DNA of 64,000 nucleotides from a virus. The notes under the pieces are model-generated. The model searched no databases. It was not told the DNA's origin and saw nothing but the letters and a program-made list of their open reading frames with translations. The stretch covers positions 1-64,000 of IMG/VR virus record IMGVR_UViG_3300046328_000506. One strand, given 5' to 3'. Within the stretch, counting starts at the first letter, position 1, and each line of letters starts with the position of its first letter. Below are positions 37,079 through 45,633 of this stretch, in pieces. Both the position numbers and the translations under genes were made by a program.

Positions 37079-37849
37079 TTAGTATGTTATTGTTGAACCA
37101 AGAGAATTAACCCAAGCACCACCACCTAAGTTAGACGTAGCACCAAAGCTATTAAGTGTTGTGTGCAGTTGGTTTGGGCTATTATCTGTGGCTTGCGTGC
37201 CTGACTTTTGATTAAAATTATAATTTACTACAATGTTACTTTCTAACCCACTTATGTTATTCCCAAAAGATGTATATAGTTGATTTATTTGTCCTACAGT
37301 TATGTTATTATTAAATATTTTAAAATCATACAAAATCATATTTTGAAAATTTGTATTTGCTGGCTGTAAGACTGGTGGGTTAATATCTGCATTAACACCT
37401 CCTATTGTCAAATAAGTATTTGATACATTTATGTTAGTAATCAATGCATTTGTACCTGTATTTACTAAAACACCATCAACATATAATAGCAAAGAAGTAC
37501 CATTTCTTACCATTGTTACTTGGTATGTTCTATTTAATGAAATAGTTGGACTGGTAATTACTACTGAGTTACCTGCTGAATTTCTAATAGTTGCATAAAA
37601 AACACCTGTGCTTAATACATATATACTATAATTAGGAACTCCATTATAAACACTAAAAACTATTCCGTCAACAGGATTTAATGAAATTACATTTACAATA
37701 GTAGAAATAGAGAAATTACCTGTTCCAAAGTTAAAAATACTTGCAGGAGAAGGTGTAAAGGTACTTTGATTTGTACCATTAAACTTTAAACCATTTCCAA
37801 TCTGATTGACTGTGATTAAGTCTGTATTTCCTTTTGTTAAAGTTTTCAA
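37079..37849 (-). CDS. LamG/concanavalin-A-like domain virion protein
   Basis: GLKFNG, NFSIST, YQVTMVRNGTSLLLYVDG, IYD-type strand; TTG start overlapping upstream TGA. Confidence 0.75.
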   Translation of the reverse strand: MKTLTKGNTDLITVNQIGNGLKFNGTNQSTFTPSPASIFNFGTGNFSISTIVNVISLNPVDGIVFSVYNGVPNYSIYVLSTGVFYATIRNSAGNSVVITSPTISLNRTYQVTMVRNGTSLLLYVDGVLVNTGTNALITNINVSNTYLTIGGVNADINPPVLQPANTNFQNMILYDFKIFNNNITVGQINQLYTSFGNNISGLESNIVVNYNFNQKSGTQATDNSPNQLHTTLNSFGATSNLGGGAWVNSLGSTITY

Positions 37850-38601
37850 TATGTTATGCTACCTCCTAAGCTATTTACCCATGAATTATTTACTCCTAAA
37901 CTTGTATTTGCAAAATTAGTAAGAGTTCCATTTAAGTTATTTGTAGATTTATCTATTAATGTATTCCCTTGTTTTTGATTAAAGTCGTAATTAGCAACTA
38001 TGTTAGAAGTAAGTCCTGTTAAATTTGTTCCAAAACTTTCGTATAATTGAGTAGCCTCCCCTGTAGAAAGAGCTTTATTAACTATCTTTAAATCGTATAT
38101 TATGTGATTAGCATAATAAGCGTAGTTTGGTAAATATACAACACTACCTAATTGCCAGTTTGTATATGCTTGTGTATTATCTGCCAATGTAAATCCCCCT
38201 GAATATAAAGGTATTGCCTCTGTTACTTGTCCATTGACATTAAAATATCCTGTTCCATCACCTCTTGCTATAAAAGAAACATTGTAAAGTACATTTATAG
38301 AAAGATTAACATTAATATATAAGTCTAATAATCGAGAATTTCCAGAAAACAACTGAACATCAATAAAAGAAGCAGCATATACTATTCTATAACTTCTTAA
38401 AGTAATTGAACTCGTATCTTGTGCTGAAAGAATATAATTGTTATTTACGCTAAACGCTTTTGGTGTAAATGAAAAATAGAAAGAAATTGGTGAAATTGGA
38501 GTAGTTGGTACACTATTTAACCCACTTCCTAAATTAACAAAATCATTTACTCCATCATATAACAAACCATTTCCTATCAAATTTGCTGTTCCTACATTCA
38601 T
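37846..38601 (-). CDS. LamG/concanavalin-A-like domain virion protein (paralog of 37079-37849)
   Basis: GLLYDGVNDFVNLG, IYDLKIVNKALS, ANYDFNQKQG. Confidence 0.75.
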   Translation of the reverse strand: MNVGTANLIGNGLLYDGVNDFVNLGSGLNSVPTTPISPISFYFSFTPKAFSVNNNYILSAQDTSSITLRSYRIVYAASFIDVQLFSGNSRLLDLYINVNLSINVLYNVSFIARGDGTGYFNVNGQVTEAIPLYSGGFTLADNTQAYTNWQLGSVVYLPNYAYYANHIIYDLKIVNKALSTGEATQLYESFGTNLTGLTSNIVANYDFNQKQGNTLIDKSTNNLNGTLTNFANTSLGVNNSWVNSLGGSITY

Positions 38602-39935
38602 TACGCTAATTTAGTTAAGTTAAAGTTTGTAGAAGTTATCGTGTTATTCGCGTTTGCAGTTCCCCAAATTACTGTTACACTTAGAAGTTGAGATATTGTA
38701 GTATCAACAGTATTTGTAGCTGTATTAAGCAAACATATTTTTTCTTCTGTGGTATTATCTCTGAAATACTTAAATAAACCTTGTGAGAATATTGTACCAC
38801 TTACACCAGTTGTTCTATTAGTCAATTCAAAATCTAATTCAAATCTTCTTGTGCCAGTAATACTTAATAAAGTTGTTGCTGTTGTATCTAAAATAGTTAC
38901 AGCATTTAATTTTACTTGTATTCTAATAGTAGGTGGGATAGCGTCATCACCGATAAAACCTTGCACTCTACCTTTCAAAGTTTTACCAACCACAAAGAAA
39001 CTTGCAGGTAAAGAAAGAGTACCTTGCCCAGTCCCTAATAAAGTTGTTTCTGCTACAGTATTAGCTACTGTTTGACTTGCAGTTTGAGTAAATATTGTGG
39101 CGTTTAACCACTCGTTTATTCCACCTATGTCATATCTATAAGATTGTTGTGCTGAATCCCAAATATCTAATCCTGTTATTTCTTGTGGAGGTGCTGCTAT
39201 ACCTGATAAATTGCCTAAAAATCTATTATTCTGAATGTTTTGAATTTCAGTAAGTAAGATTTGAGCAAAAGGAAGGCTACGCCAAGTAGTACCATCGTAC
39301 CACTCTAATCTACCTGTTGTTGTATTTGAATACAATTGACCAATTAAAGGCGAAGGGATGGCAACACTTCTATTAGCTGTAGTTCCACTAAATCTTTCAA
39401 CAAAAGTGTTAAAAGCTATATTAGTAATATTACCAGAACTTCTACCAACTAAACTATTTGTTGTAACAGCAAAATCTTGTTCATTAGCTAATGCTGCTGT
39501 AGGATTAGATTTGATTGTATTTGCAGCACCTTGAGCTAATTGTGTGTTAGTAATTGAGTTATTTATTACTATTGCAGTAATTGAAGGAGTTCCATCATTA
39601 TACGTAAAATCAATTGTAGAACTATCTACTAAAATCGTACCTACAGCGTCTTGCGCTTGCTCATCTGTATAAAGTGCACCACCAACTTCCATATCCCACA
39701 ATACCCATGTAGCTGATAAATAAAGAATACCATCACCAGGCTGAACAGTAGTTCCTCCAACTGTACCACTATTAGTTCCGATTAACCATAAATCACCTTC
39801 AGTAGGAGTAGACGGATAACTTGGATTTGTATTGGCATTAGTAATAATACCTTTAACATTTATTACATTACCACTTACTACACCAGTTTCATAATAGTCT
39901 AACTCGTTTGTAAATGGATTAAATTTCCATGCCAT
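38601..39935 (-). CDS. tail fibre protein (444 aa)
   Basis: GDLWLI...GDGILY, DSSTIDFTYND, GQLYSNTTTGRLEWYDGTTW fibre repeats. Confidence 0.75.
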   Translation of the reverse strand: MAWKFNPFTNELDYYETGVVSGNVINVKGIITNANTNPSYPSTPTEGDLWLIGTNSGTVGGTTVQPGDGILYLSATWVLWDMEVGGALYTDEQAQDAVGTILVDSSTIDFTYNDGTPSITAIVINNSITNTQLAQGAANTIKSNPTAALANEQDFAVTTNSLVGRSSGNITNIAFNTFVERFSGTTANRSVAIPSPLIGQLYSNTTTGRLEWYDGTTWRSLPFAQILLTEIQNIQNNRFLGNLSGIAAPPQEITGLDIWDSAQQSYRYDIGGINEWLNATIFTQTASQTVANTVAETTLLGTGQGTLSLPASFFVVGKTLKGRVQGFIGDDAIPPTIRIQVKLNAVTILDTTATTLLSITGTRRFELDFELTNRTTGVSGTIFSQGLFKYFRDNTTEEKICLLNTATNTVDTTISQLLSVTVIWGTANANNTITSTNFNLTKLA

Positions 39936-39953
39936 ATTTTTATATTTTTATAA

Positions 39954-40787
39954 TTATATTACTGTCCAAGAAGCAAATCCCCCCATATTTTCAAATCTGA
40001 AATTACTTCTGCATCCGTAAGGACTATTATCTTGTGTAGTTCCAAATATATACTCTTTACTTACTACATCAAAAACAACAGTGCTTGTAAAAACAGTTAC
40101 GTTATTTCTTTTAAATTCTAATCTACCATTAGGTAATACTAACATCTCATAATCAGCAGATGTCGCTGTATTTGCAGCAAAAACAAATGTTGTTGAACTT
40201 GGATTATATTCATACCACAGAGGAGTATGTCCTCCTGGAGTGTGCATTTGCATTACTACTGTAGGGTTTGTATAACTTGGAGTTATATAATTTCCAGCAT
40301 TAGCTTCAACATTACCTCGTTCTTGTAAGAAATATTGTAAAGAACCTAACCATCCTGAAGGAGTGTTATCTTCCATAGTCCATTTCATAGAAGAACCTAC
40401 TTGTACTTTTCTTGCTGATACAGTATTTAAGTAAGGGTTAGGAGTACAATTATTGATATTATTTGTGTAACATATCCAACCATCTCCACCAGAACCATAT
40501 TCAAATTGTATCATTTCAGTAGGAGAGCATATTACAGAATCTACAAATTCAACAAAACTAATACTATCACTACAAGCTGTCCCAAAAGCAGTATAGTTAG
40601 CAGTTACATTAAATGTAAAATTACCACTGACACCAATATCTCCAGCACTTGTTAAAGTTAGATTAGGAGCAGAATATGAAGCAGTTAAAGGGTAACTTAC
40701 GTTACTTTGGACTGCTGTAGCTGTAAATGATAATCCTGTAACCGAAGCTAAATTAGATACAGTTTTTACTAAATTTATCGTTGGCAT
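39954..40787 (-). CDS. beta-rich virion surface protein (277 aa)
   Basis: Ig/beta-sandwich-like composition within fibre module. Confidence 0.65.
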   Translation of the reverse strand: MPTINLVKTVSNLASVTGLSFTATAVQSNVSYPLTASYSAPNLTLTSAGDIGVSGNFTFNVTANYTAFGTACSDSISFVEFVDSVICSPTEMIQFEYGSGGDGWICYTNNINNCTPNPYLNTVSARKVQVGSSMKWTMEDNTPSGWLGSLQYFLQERGNVEANAGNYITPSYTNPTVVMQMHTPGGHTPLWYEYNPSSTTFVFAANTATSADYEMLVLPNGRLEFKRNNVTVFTSTVVFDVVSKEYIFGTTQDNSPYGCRSNFRFENMGGFASWTVI

Positions 40788-40788
40788 A

Positions 40789-41577
40789 TTAACTGTAGAT
40801 TAAAGCTGCTCTATTATCCCAAATATTTGTATGAGTTTGTGTTCCACCTGCCCAAGTAATTGTTAAACTACCTGTTGCTACAACTTCAACCATTCTCATT
40901 ATTTTCCATGTAGCAGCATTTGTTAAAGTTCCAGGTAAAGCCCATCCTACATAAGTTGTAGTTGAACCTGCTCCTGGAGTATTTGCTAATACATCTGTTC
41001 TTAAGACTGGTACTCCTCCTGTATTAACATGTATTCTACCGTATAAATCAGCAGAAGTTTGTATGTAGTCGCCAGTATTAGAAGTTGTAGATGAAAGTAC
41101 ATCTTGTCTTACTCCTAATATACTTACTCCACCATCACCACTTGCAGCTGGAGTATCCTCATACTTTACTAAATCATTTAATTTAGCTATAGTAGAAGTC
41201 TTAAAATCATTTACCTCAGCTATTAAATCAAGAATACTGTTTTGTATATCTGTAGTAACTACTAATAATGCTTGTAGCTCTGTAATAGCTGTTTGTAGCT
41301 CTGTTACAATAAGATTTGAGTTAGTTACCAATAAAGTAGTATCTGCTTCTATTGCTGTAACTAATGTTATAACGTTATTTAAAGAAGTTTCTATAGCTGC
41401 TGTATTAGCATCAATAGCCTGTACTGCCAATAATATCTCTGCTGTATCACTTTTTATATTTGTAAGTCTTGTTGTAATACCTACAAGATATGATTCAAGT
41501 AAATCTGGGTCTATAATCCTTGCCCAAATAGCTTGTAGTAACTCTATAATTCTCCCTGTTTCTATCGTTGTTTGCAT
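40789..41577 (-). CDS. coiled-coil fibre/needle-like protein (262 aa)
   Basis: Long heptad region (IETSLNNVITLVTAIEADT...LQTAITELQ), C-terminal YVGWA...WKI...W..RA domain. Confidence 0.7.
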   Translation of the reverse strand: MQTTIETGRIIELLQAIWARIIDPDLLESYLVGITTRLTNIKSDTAEILLAVQAIDANTAAIETSLNNVITLVTAIEADTTLLVTNSNLIVTELQTAITELQALLVVTTDIQNSILDLIAEVNDFKTSTIAKLNDLVKYEDTPAASGDGGVSILGVRQDVLSSTTSNTGDYIQTSADLYGRIHVNTGGVPVLRTDVLANTPGAGSTTTYVGWALPGTLTNAATWKIMRMVEVVATGSLTITWAGGTQTHTNIWDNRAALIYS

Positions 41578-41918
41578 ATAATTCTAATCTTTCTATGGTA
41601 CTTATATTGTTTTACAATGACTGTAGTTATTGTTCCAAATGTTGTAAGACATTGTTCACTAATATCGGAAGATTATCTCAATAGTTTATAGTATAGAACT
41701 TTGATACATAAATACTACAGAATATTAATATCATTATTTTTTATCATATAAAATACAACAGATTGCATCTGAGCTACAGTATATTGTATGTGCACATTCA
41801 AAAACTTATAAATATTGTCTTTCTATAGAGGAACAATTGTATACAACAACTCAGGTTTCACTACGGTGTAAGTGCTAAATACCCTATAACGCATTGATAC
41901 AGATACTCTTATACCACT

Positions 41919-41980
41919 ATTTTACTGGTTTTAGAGTTAGCTATCATTAATATATGGCTAAATCGTAAAGTGTTAAAAAT
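41919..41980 (+). repeat. about 62-nt imperfect palindrome (element copy D)
   Basis: GTTTTAGAGTTAGCTAT...ATGGCTAAATCGTAAAGT stem with G-T pairs; core TTAATATATGGCTAAA resembles copies A/B. Confidence 0.5.
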
Positions 41981-42060
41981 GCCCTTTATCAAATTGAGTA
42001 TTAGATAGTTACAACAAATATTCACTTTCACGCCTGTGAAAATAAAACAGTTACCATAAA

Positions 42061-42092
42061 TTTGCATGTATGTGAAAATATTCGTATATTTG
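42061..42092 (+). promoter_or_regulatory. Bacteroidota primary-sigma promoter for RepL-like gene
   Basis: TTTG (42061-42064), 20-nt spacer, TATATTTG (42085-42092). Confidence 0.75.
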
Positions 42093-42117
42093 TAAACGAT
42101 TATAAACAATTTACATT

Positions 42118-42645
42118 ATGGAAAAAATAAAACTACAAAAAAAGCCCAAAAAAGCGTTTGACAAAAAGAAAACTCCTTTTGAAAAACCTAAGTTTGAAGA
42201 ATCTGATTTAGGTACAAATATATTTATAAGCTACCTACAAATCCCTGTATCACATTTTCCAGCAAAAAATGAGTACGTTAAAGATGATGAAGGAATACTT
42301 GTCAATAAAGAAGTTGATGTTGAATATACACCCTATACAAAAGTCTATCAAAAATCAAATCTAAGATTAATAATAGCGGGTTTAACTGATAAATCTAAAA
42401 GTTTGTATTTGTGGATTACGTATGAACTGGATTCTAATAAAGATTATTTGTGGATTAATGTGCCAAGATATATGGAAGAAAACAAGCTATCTTCTCTAAC
42501 TACATACTACAATGCTATAAAAGAATTACAGCGTTGGAATATAATGGTAAACACTACAGTAAAAGGTGTATATTGGATTAATCCTGAATATTTCTTTCGT
42601 GGTAATAGAATTGAAAAATATCCAAACAACTTAGTAAAAAGATAA
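42118..42645 (+). CDS. RepL-like winged-helix replication/DNA-binding protein
   Basis: LTDKSKSLYLWI...SLTTYYNAIKEL...KGVYWINPEYFFRG matches the RepL-type C-terminal signature. Confidence 0.75.
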   Translation: MEKIKLQKKPKKAFDKKKTPFEKPKFEESDLGTNIFISYLQIPVSHFPAKNEYVKDDEGILVNKEVDVEYTPYTKVYQKSNLRLIIAGLTDKSKSLYLWITYELDSNKDYLWINVPRYMEENKLSSLTTYYNAIKELQRWNIMVNTTVKGVYWINPEYFFRGNRIEKYPNNLVKR

Positions 42646-42663
42646 TAAATTAAAAAAATAATT

Positions 42664-43512
42664 ATGGAAAACAAAAATTTATTTAAAGTAAATTTAGCGA
42701 TTGCTTTTAGGTGGGCATTGAAGTATGATAAAAGATTATTTATGAATTTATTAGACATGTTTAAAGAATTTAATTTTAATGAACATGGTTTATTAGATAA
42801 TTATATAATTGATGAAAGTGTTAATATTATAGAAGTATTAACTACTGCAATTAATGAATGTGGAGATTATGAGAGTATATTATCTTTTACTTGGCTGTTT
42901 GACAGGAGAGTTGAATATTATGATTATACAAACTATAAGTACACATTAGCAGAAGAGCACCCTTATAAAGAATTAATTCCTATCATAAAAGAAAAAAGAA
43001 ATTGGCTTGAAAAGAATGGAATAAGTAATTGGAGAAAATCTTTAAACCATGAAAAACACCAACACTTTAGATTTTGGATAAATAAAATATTAACTGCAAA
43101 TACAGATAAAGATAATAACTTATATAATAAAATATTACACTTATCATTGTTGCCAAATAACGATACAAGAGTATTTAGTCATTTATATTTATGTGATAAT
43201 CACAATAATAAGACAGATAGCTTTAATCAAATTTTAAAATATATTTTAGATAACAATATTATTCCAGATATACACAAGAAACAAGTAGAATTTATTGACC
43301 CAATAAATCCAGATAGACATAATCCAAGAATGGTTAAAACCTCTGGTGCTATTTTTGGTTTTTCTTATTTGGTATCTTTAACAGGTAATGAGCTAAAAGA
43401 TATTTATAAAACAAAAATAAAAAAACATCATTTAGGCTATTTGGAAAAACAAAGCTGGGCTTATGTAAATGCTGGGGATGATAATAGTTTGTATTATATT
43501 TATATAAAATAG
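42664..43512 (+). CDS. hypothetical protein (282 aa)
   Basis: ORF track; no recognisable motif. Confidence 0.7.
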   Translation: MENKNLFKVNLAIAFRWALKYDKRLFMNLLDMFKEFNFNEHGLLDNYIIDESVNIIEVLTTAINECGDYESILSFTWLFDRRVEYYDYTNYKYTLAEEHPYKELIPIIKEKRNWLEKNGISNWRKSLNHEKHQHFRFWINKILTANTDKDNNLYNKILHLSLLPNNDTRVFSHLYLCDNHNNKTDSFNQILKYILDNNIIPDIHKKQVEFIDPINPDRHNPRMVKTSGAIFGFSYLVSLTGNELKDIYKTKIKKHHLGYLEKQSWAYVNAGDDNSLYYIYIK

Positions 43513-43567
43513 TTGGAACTAATAGATAAAACGAATAGTTATAGTAGTATAAACAACATTTAAAAAT

Positions 43568-43984
43568 ATGAAGAAAATAATTTTAATAGTAGGATTAGTA
43601 TTAGTGAGTTTAGTGGGATATAGTCAGGCAGATTGGGTAGCAGCAGATAGTTTATCAGAAGTGGTTGTGAACGGAAATGAATACGAAGAAGTGAAATCTC
43701 AATTAACTACTATTTATAAAGGAAAGATTTTTAAACCTACTACAGATTTAACAAATACACCAAAAGATGTTAGAGATTGGTTTCTTAGCGGTGAGGAATT
43801 AAAAAGAAAAGATACATGGATTTTTATGATACCATTTAATAAAAAACATATAGCATTAAATGATATAACAAATAGGTATAAATATTCTACAATAAAAGAT
43901 GTTGGTGATAAAAAATACTTTACTTTTTTTATTGAAAAGACAGAAGATGGAAGATATAAATACACAACTTTGTTTTTTAATTAA
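43568..43984 (+). CDS. secreted/periplasmic hypothetical protein with Sec signal peptide
   Basis: MKKIILIVGLVLVSLVGYS|Q signal peptide. Confidence 0.8.
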   Translation: MKKIILIVGLVLVSLVGYSQADWVAADSLSEVVVNGNEYEEVKSQLTTIYKGKIFKPTTDLTNTPKDVRDWFLSGEELKRKDTWIFMIPFNKKHIALNDITNRYKYSTIKDVGDKKYFTFFIEKTEDGRYKYTTLFFN

Positions 43985-43989
43985 AATGT

Positions 43990-44024
43990 AAAAAGGAGAG
44001 ATTAAGTCAATCTCTCCTTTTTTT
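43990..44024. terminator. bidirectional intrinsic terminator between convergent genes
   Basis: AAAAAGGAGAGATT-AAGTC-AATCTCTCCTTTTTTT. Confidence 0.85.
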
Positions 44025-44031
44025 ATGCTCT

Positions 44032-45084
44032 TTACAAATCTTTTATTTTTTCAAACATTTCTTTTGACAACGGATATGTTCCTGTATGACTTTGCATATT
44101 AGCTAATGCACGTTTAAATCTACCAGAAGGGTCTGCCGCAGCAATTTCATTTATTTGACTTGCATGAGATGTGGTATCCCAATTTTTTATTACTTCTGAT
44201 TTACTATTATCACGCAAATTTATACGAGATACAGTAACTCTACCTAAATTTTGTCCAGCGTTATTTGTTACAGATAAAGTCATTTCGTATTTATAATCAT
44301 TTGGATTTCCACCACCACCATCACCTCCAGTTTTTATCGGAGTAGGAGTATTAAAATCCATTTTAGATGCTGCTAAATACTCTAAATTTTCATCTAACCC
44401 AAGCTGCTTATTTATACCTCTTTTATAAGTAGTTGCATTAGATTTCAATGCTTGATTTCTATTGTAAGCATCTGATAACAGTTGAGCTTGCTCTTTTGTA
44501 ATTTGATTTGATTGAAACATTTGAGCAATTCTTTCATCATCAGGATTACCAAATTTAGCAGCTAAATCTCCTTGTGATGCTCTCATCTTATCTTGGTACG
44601 CTACATTACCTGAATTTTTACCATAAGCAGTATTGCTTGTATCAGTATATTTCTCAGTATATAAAGTACGTTTAGCACCGTCTTCTGGCTTAATATCTCT
44701 TGGTTTTGTTGTAGCACTATACCCAGAAGCCATAGTTTTATTTACAGTATTTACTATAGGCTTTTTACCCATTCTACCTGCATTTTGAAACTTAGGAATA
44801 CCACCACCCATTTTAAATTTAGGGATTATAATTCCCCCAAACTTTTGAGAAGGTATCATTTCAACAGACTCTTGCTCACCTTGTGGAGATGTAACACCTA
44901 ACATTTCTGCAACCATACCTATAATCTCATTACCCAATTCTTCATTAGGTTCTTGCATATAGGCTTGTATCATTGCAACTAATTGTGTTTCAGGATTTTC
45001 TTGTTCTTCCTGTGGCATTTGTTCTTGGGGAGCTTCCATCATTTCTCCCCCTTCTTGATAAATTCTTAGATAATTTTTTTTCAT
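44032..45084 (-). CDS. putative internal virion protein with GG motifs (350 aa)
   Basis: IYQEGG, QKFGG, KFKMGG, KFQNAG; acidic Met/Gln-rich first module. Confidence 0.75.
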   Translation of the reverse strand: MKKNYLRIYQEGGEMMEAPQEQMPQEEQENPETQLVAMIQAYMQEPNEELGNEIIGMVAEMLGVTSPQGEQESVEMIPSQKFGGIIIPKFKMGGGIPKFQNAGRMGKKPIVNTVNKTMASGYSATTKPRDIKPEDGAKRTLYTEKYTDTSNTAYGKNSGNVAYQDKMRASQGDLAAKFGNPDDERIAQMFQSNQITKEQAQLLSDAYNRNQALKSNATTYKRGINKQLGLDENLEYLAASKMDFNTPTPIKTGGDGGGGNPNDYKYEMTLSVTNNAGQNLGRVTVSRINLRDNSKSEVIKNWDTTSHASQINEIAAADPSGRFKRALANMQSHTGTYPLSKEMFEKIKDL

Positions 45085-45096
45085 ATAAGTTTTATA

Positions 45097-45489
45097 TTAT
45101 TTTGATTTTTTCTCTTTGTTTAAATACCCATTCTTCATAACCTCTTGATATGCTTTATTTGCAAGAGTTGCTTTCCCACCCTTTTCCATTTTTTTACTTT
45201 TCATAAACTTTGGTTTAGGTTTAGACATACTACCACCACGTTTAAATTGTGGTAAACCACTTTCATTTTGCATAGGTTCTTCTTGCGGTAACATCATTTC
45301 AGCAAGCATCCCAATTAGTTGTTGTTGTGCTTCAAAAGAAGGTTGTATTAGATATTCCTCAACCATAGCTTTTATATCTGCACCTTCTGCTTGTGTTTCC
45401 TCTTGTGGCATTTCCTCCATTTGAGGTGAAGGCATACTATCTACACCCTCTTGAAATTTTCTTAGTTTTAATTTATTATTATTACTCAT
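45097..45489 (-). CDS. putative internal virion protein with GG motifs (130 aa)
   Basis: ATG at 45489 (MSNNNKLKLRKFQEG); track TTG start lies inside the -7 box; QFKRGG, KMEKGG. Confidence 0.75.
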   Translation of the reverse strand: MSNNNKLKLRKFQEGVDSMPSPQMEEMPQEETQAEGADIKAMVEEYLIQPSFEAQQQLIGMLAEMMLPQEEPMQNESGLPQFKRGGSMSKPKPKFMKSKKMEKGGKATLANKAYQEVMKNGYLNKEKKSK

Positions 45490-45507
45490 GTTAAATGTTT
45501 TTGTTTG

Positions 45508-45515
45508 CAAAGTTA
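45508..45515 (-). promoter_or_regulatory. possible -7 promoter box TAACTTTG
   Basis: TAnnTTTG 18 nt upstream of ATG 45489; no correctly spaced -33 box. Confidence 0.4.
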
Positions 45516-45633
45516 GTTATTAAAATAGACAAATGTTATTGACTGTGTATTGTTCATGTAATTTAGCGTAAATTTATTTATGTATTTAGCTAATGTAGTT
45601 TTGTAGGTATCTAATGCTATAAAATCAGAAAGA

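Noticed and set aside
34018-41577. DGR, invertible shufflon or CRISPR array in the fibre module
   Set aside because: No reverse transcriptase or recombinase, and no long nucleotide repeats or repeat-spacer periodicity seen
41909-42109. 66-aa - strand ORF; likewise 59045-59227
   Set aside because: Overlaps promoter, hairpin or terminator elements and has no protein-like features
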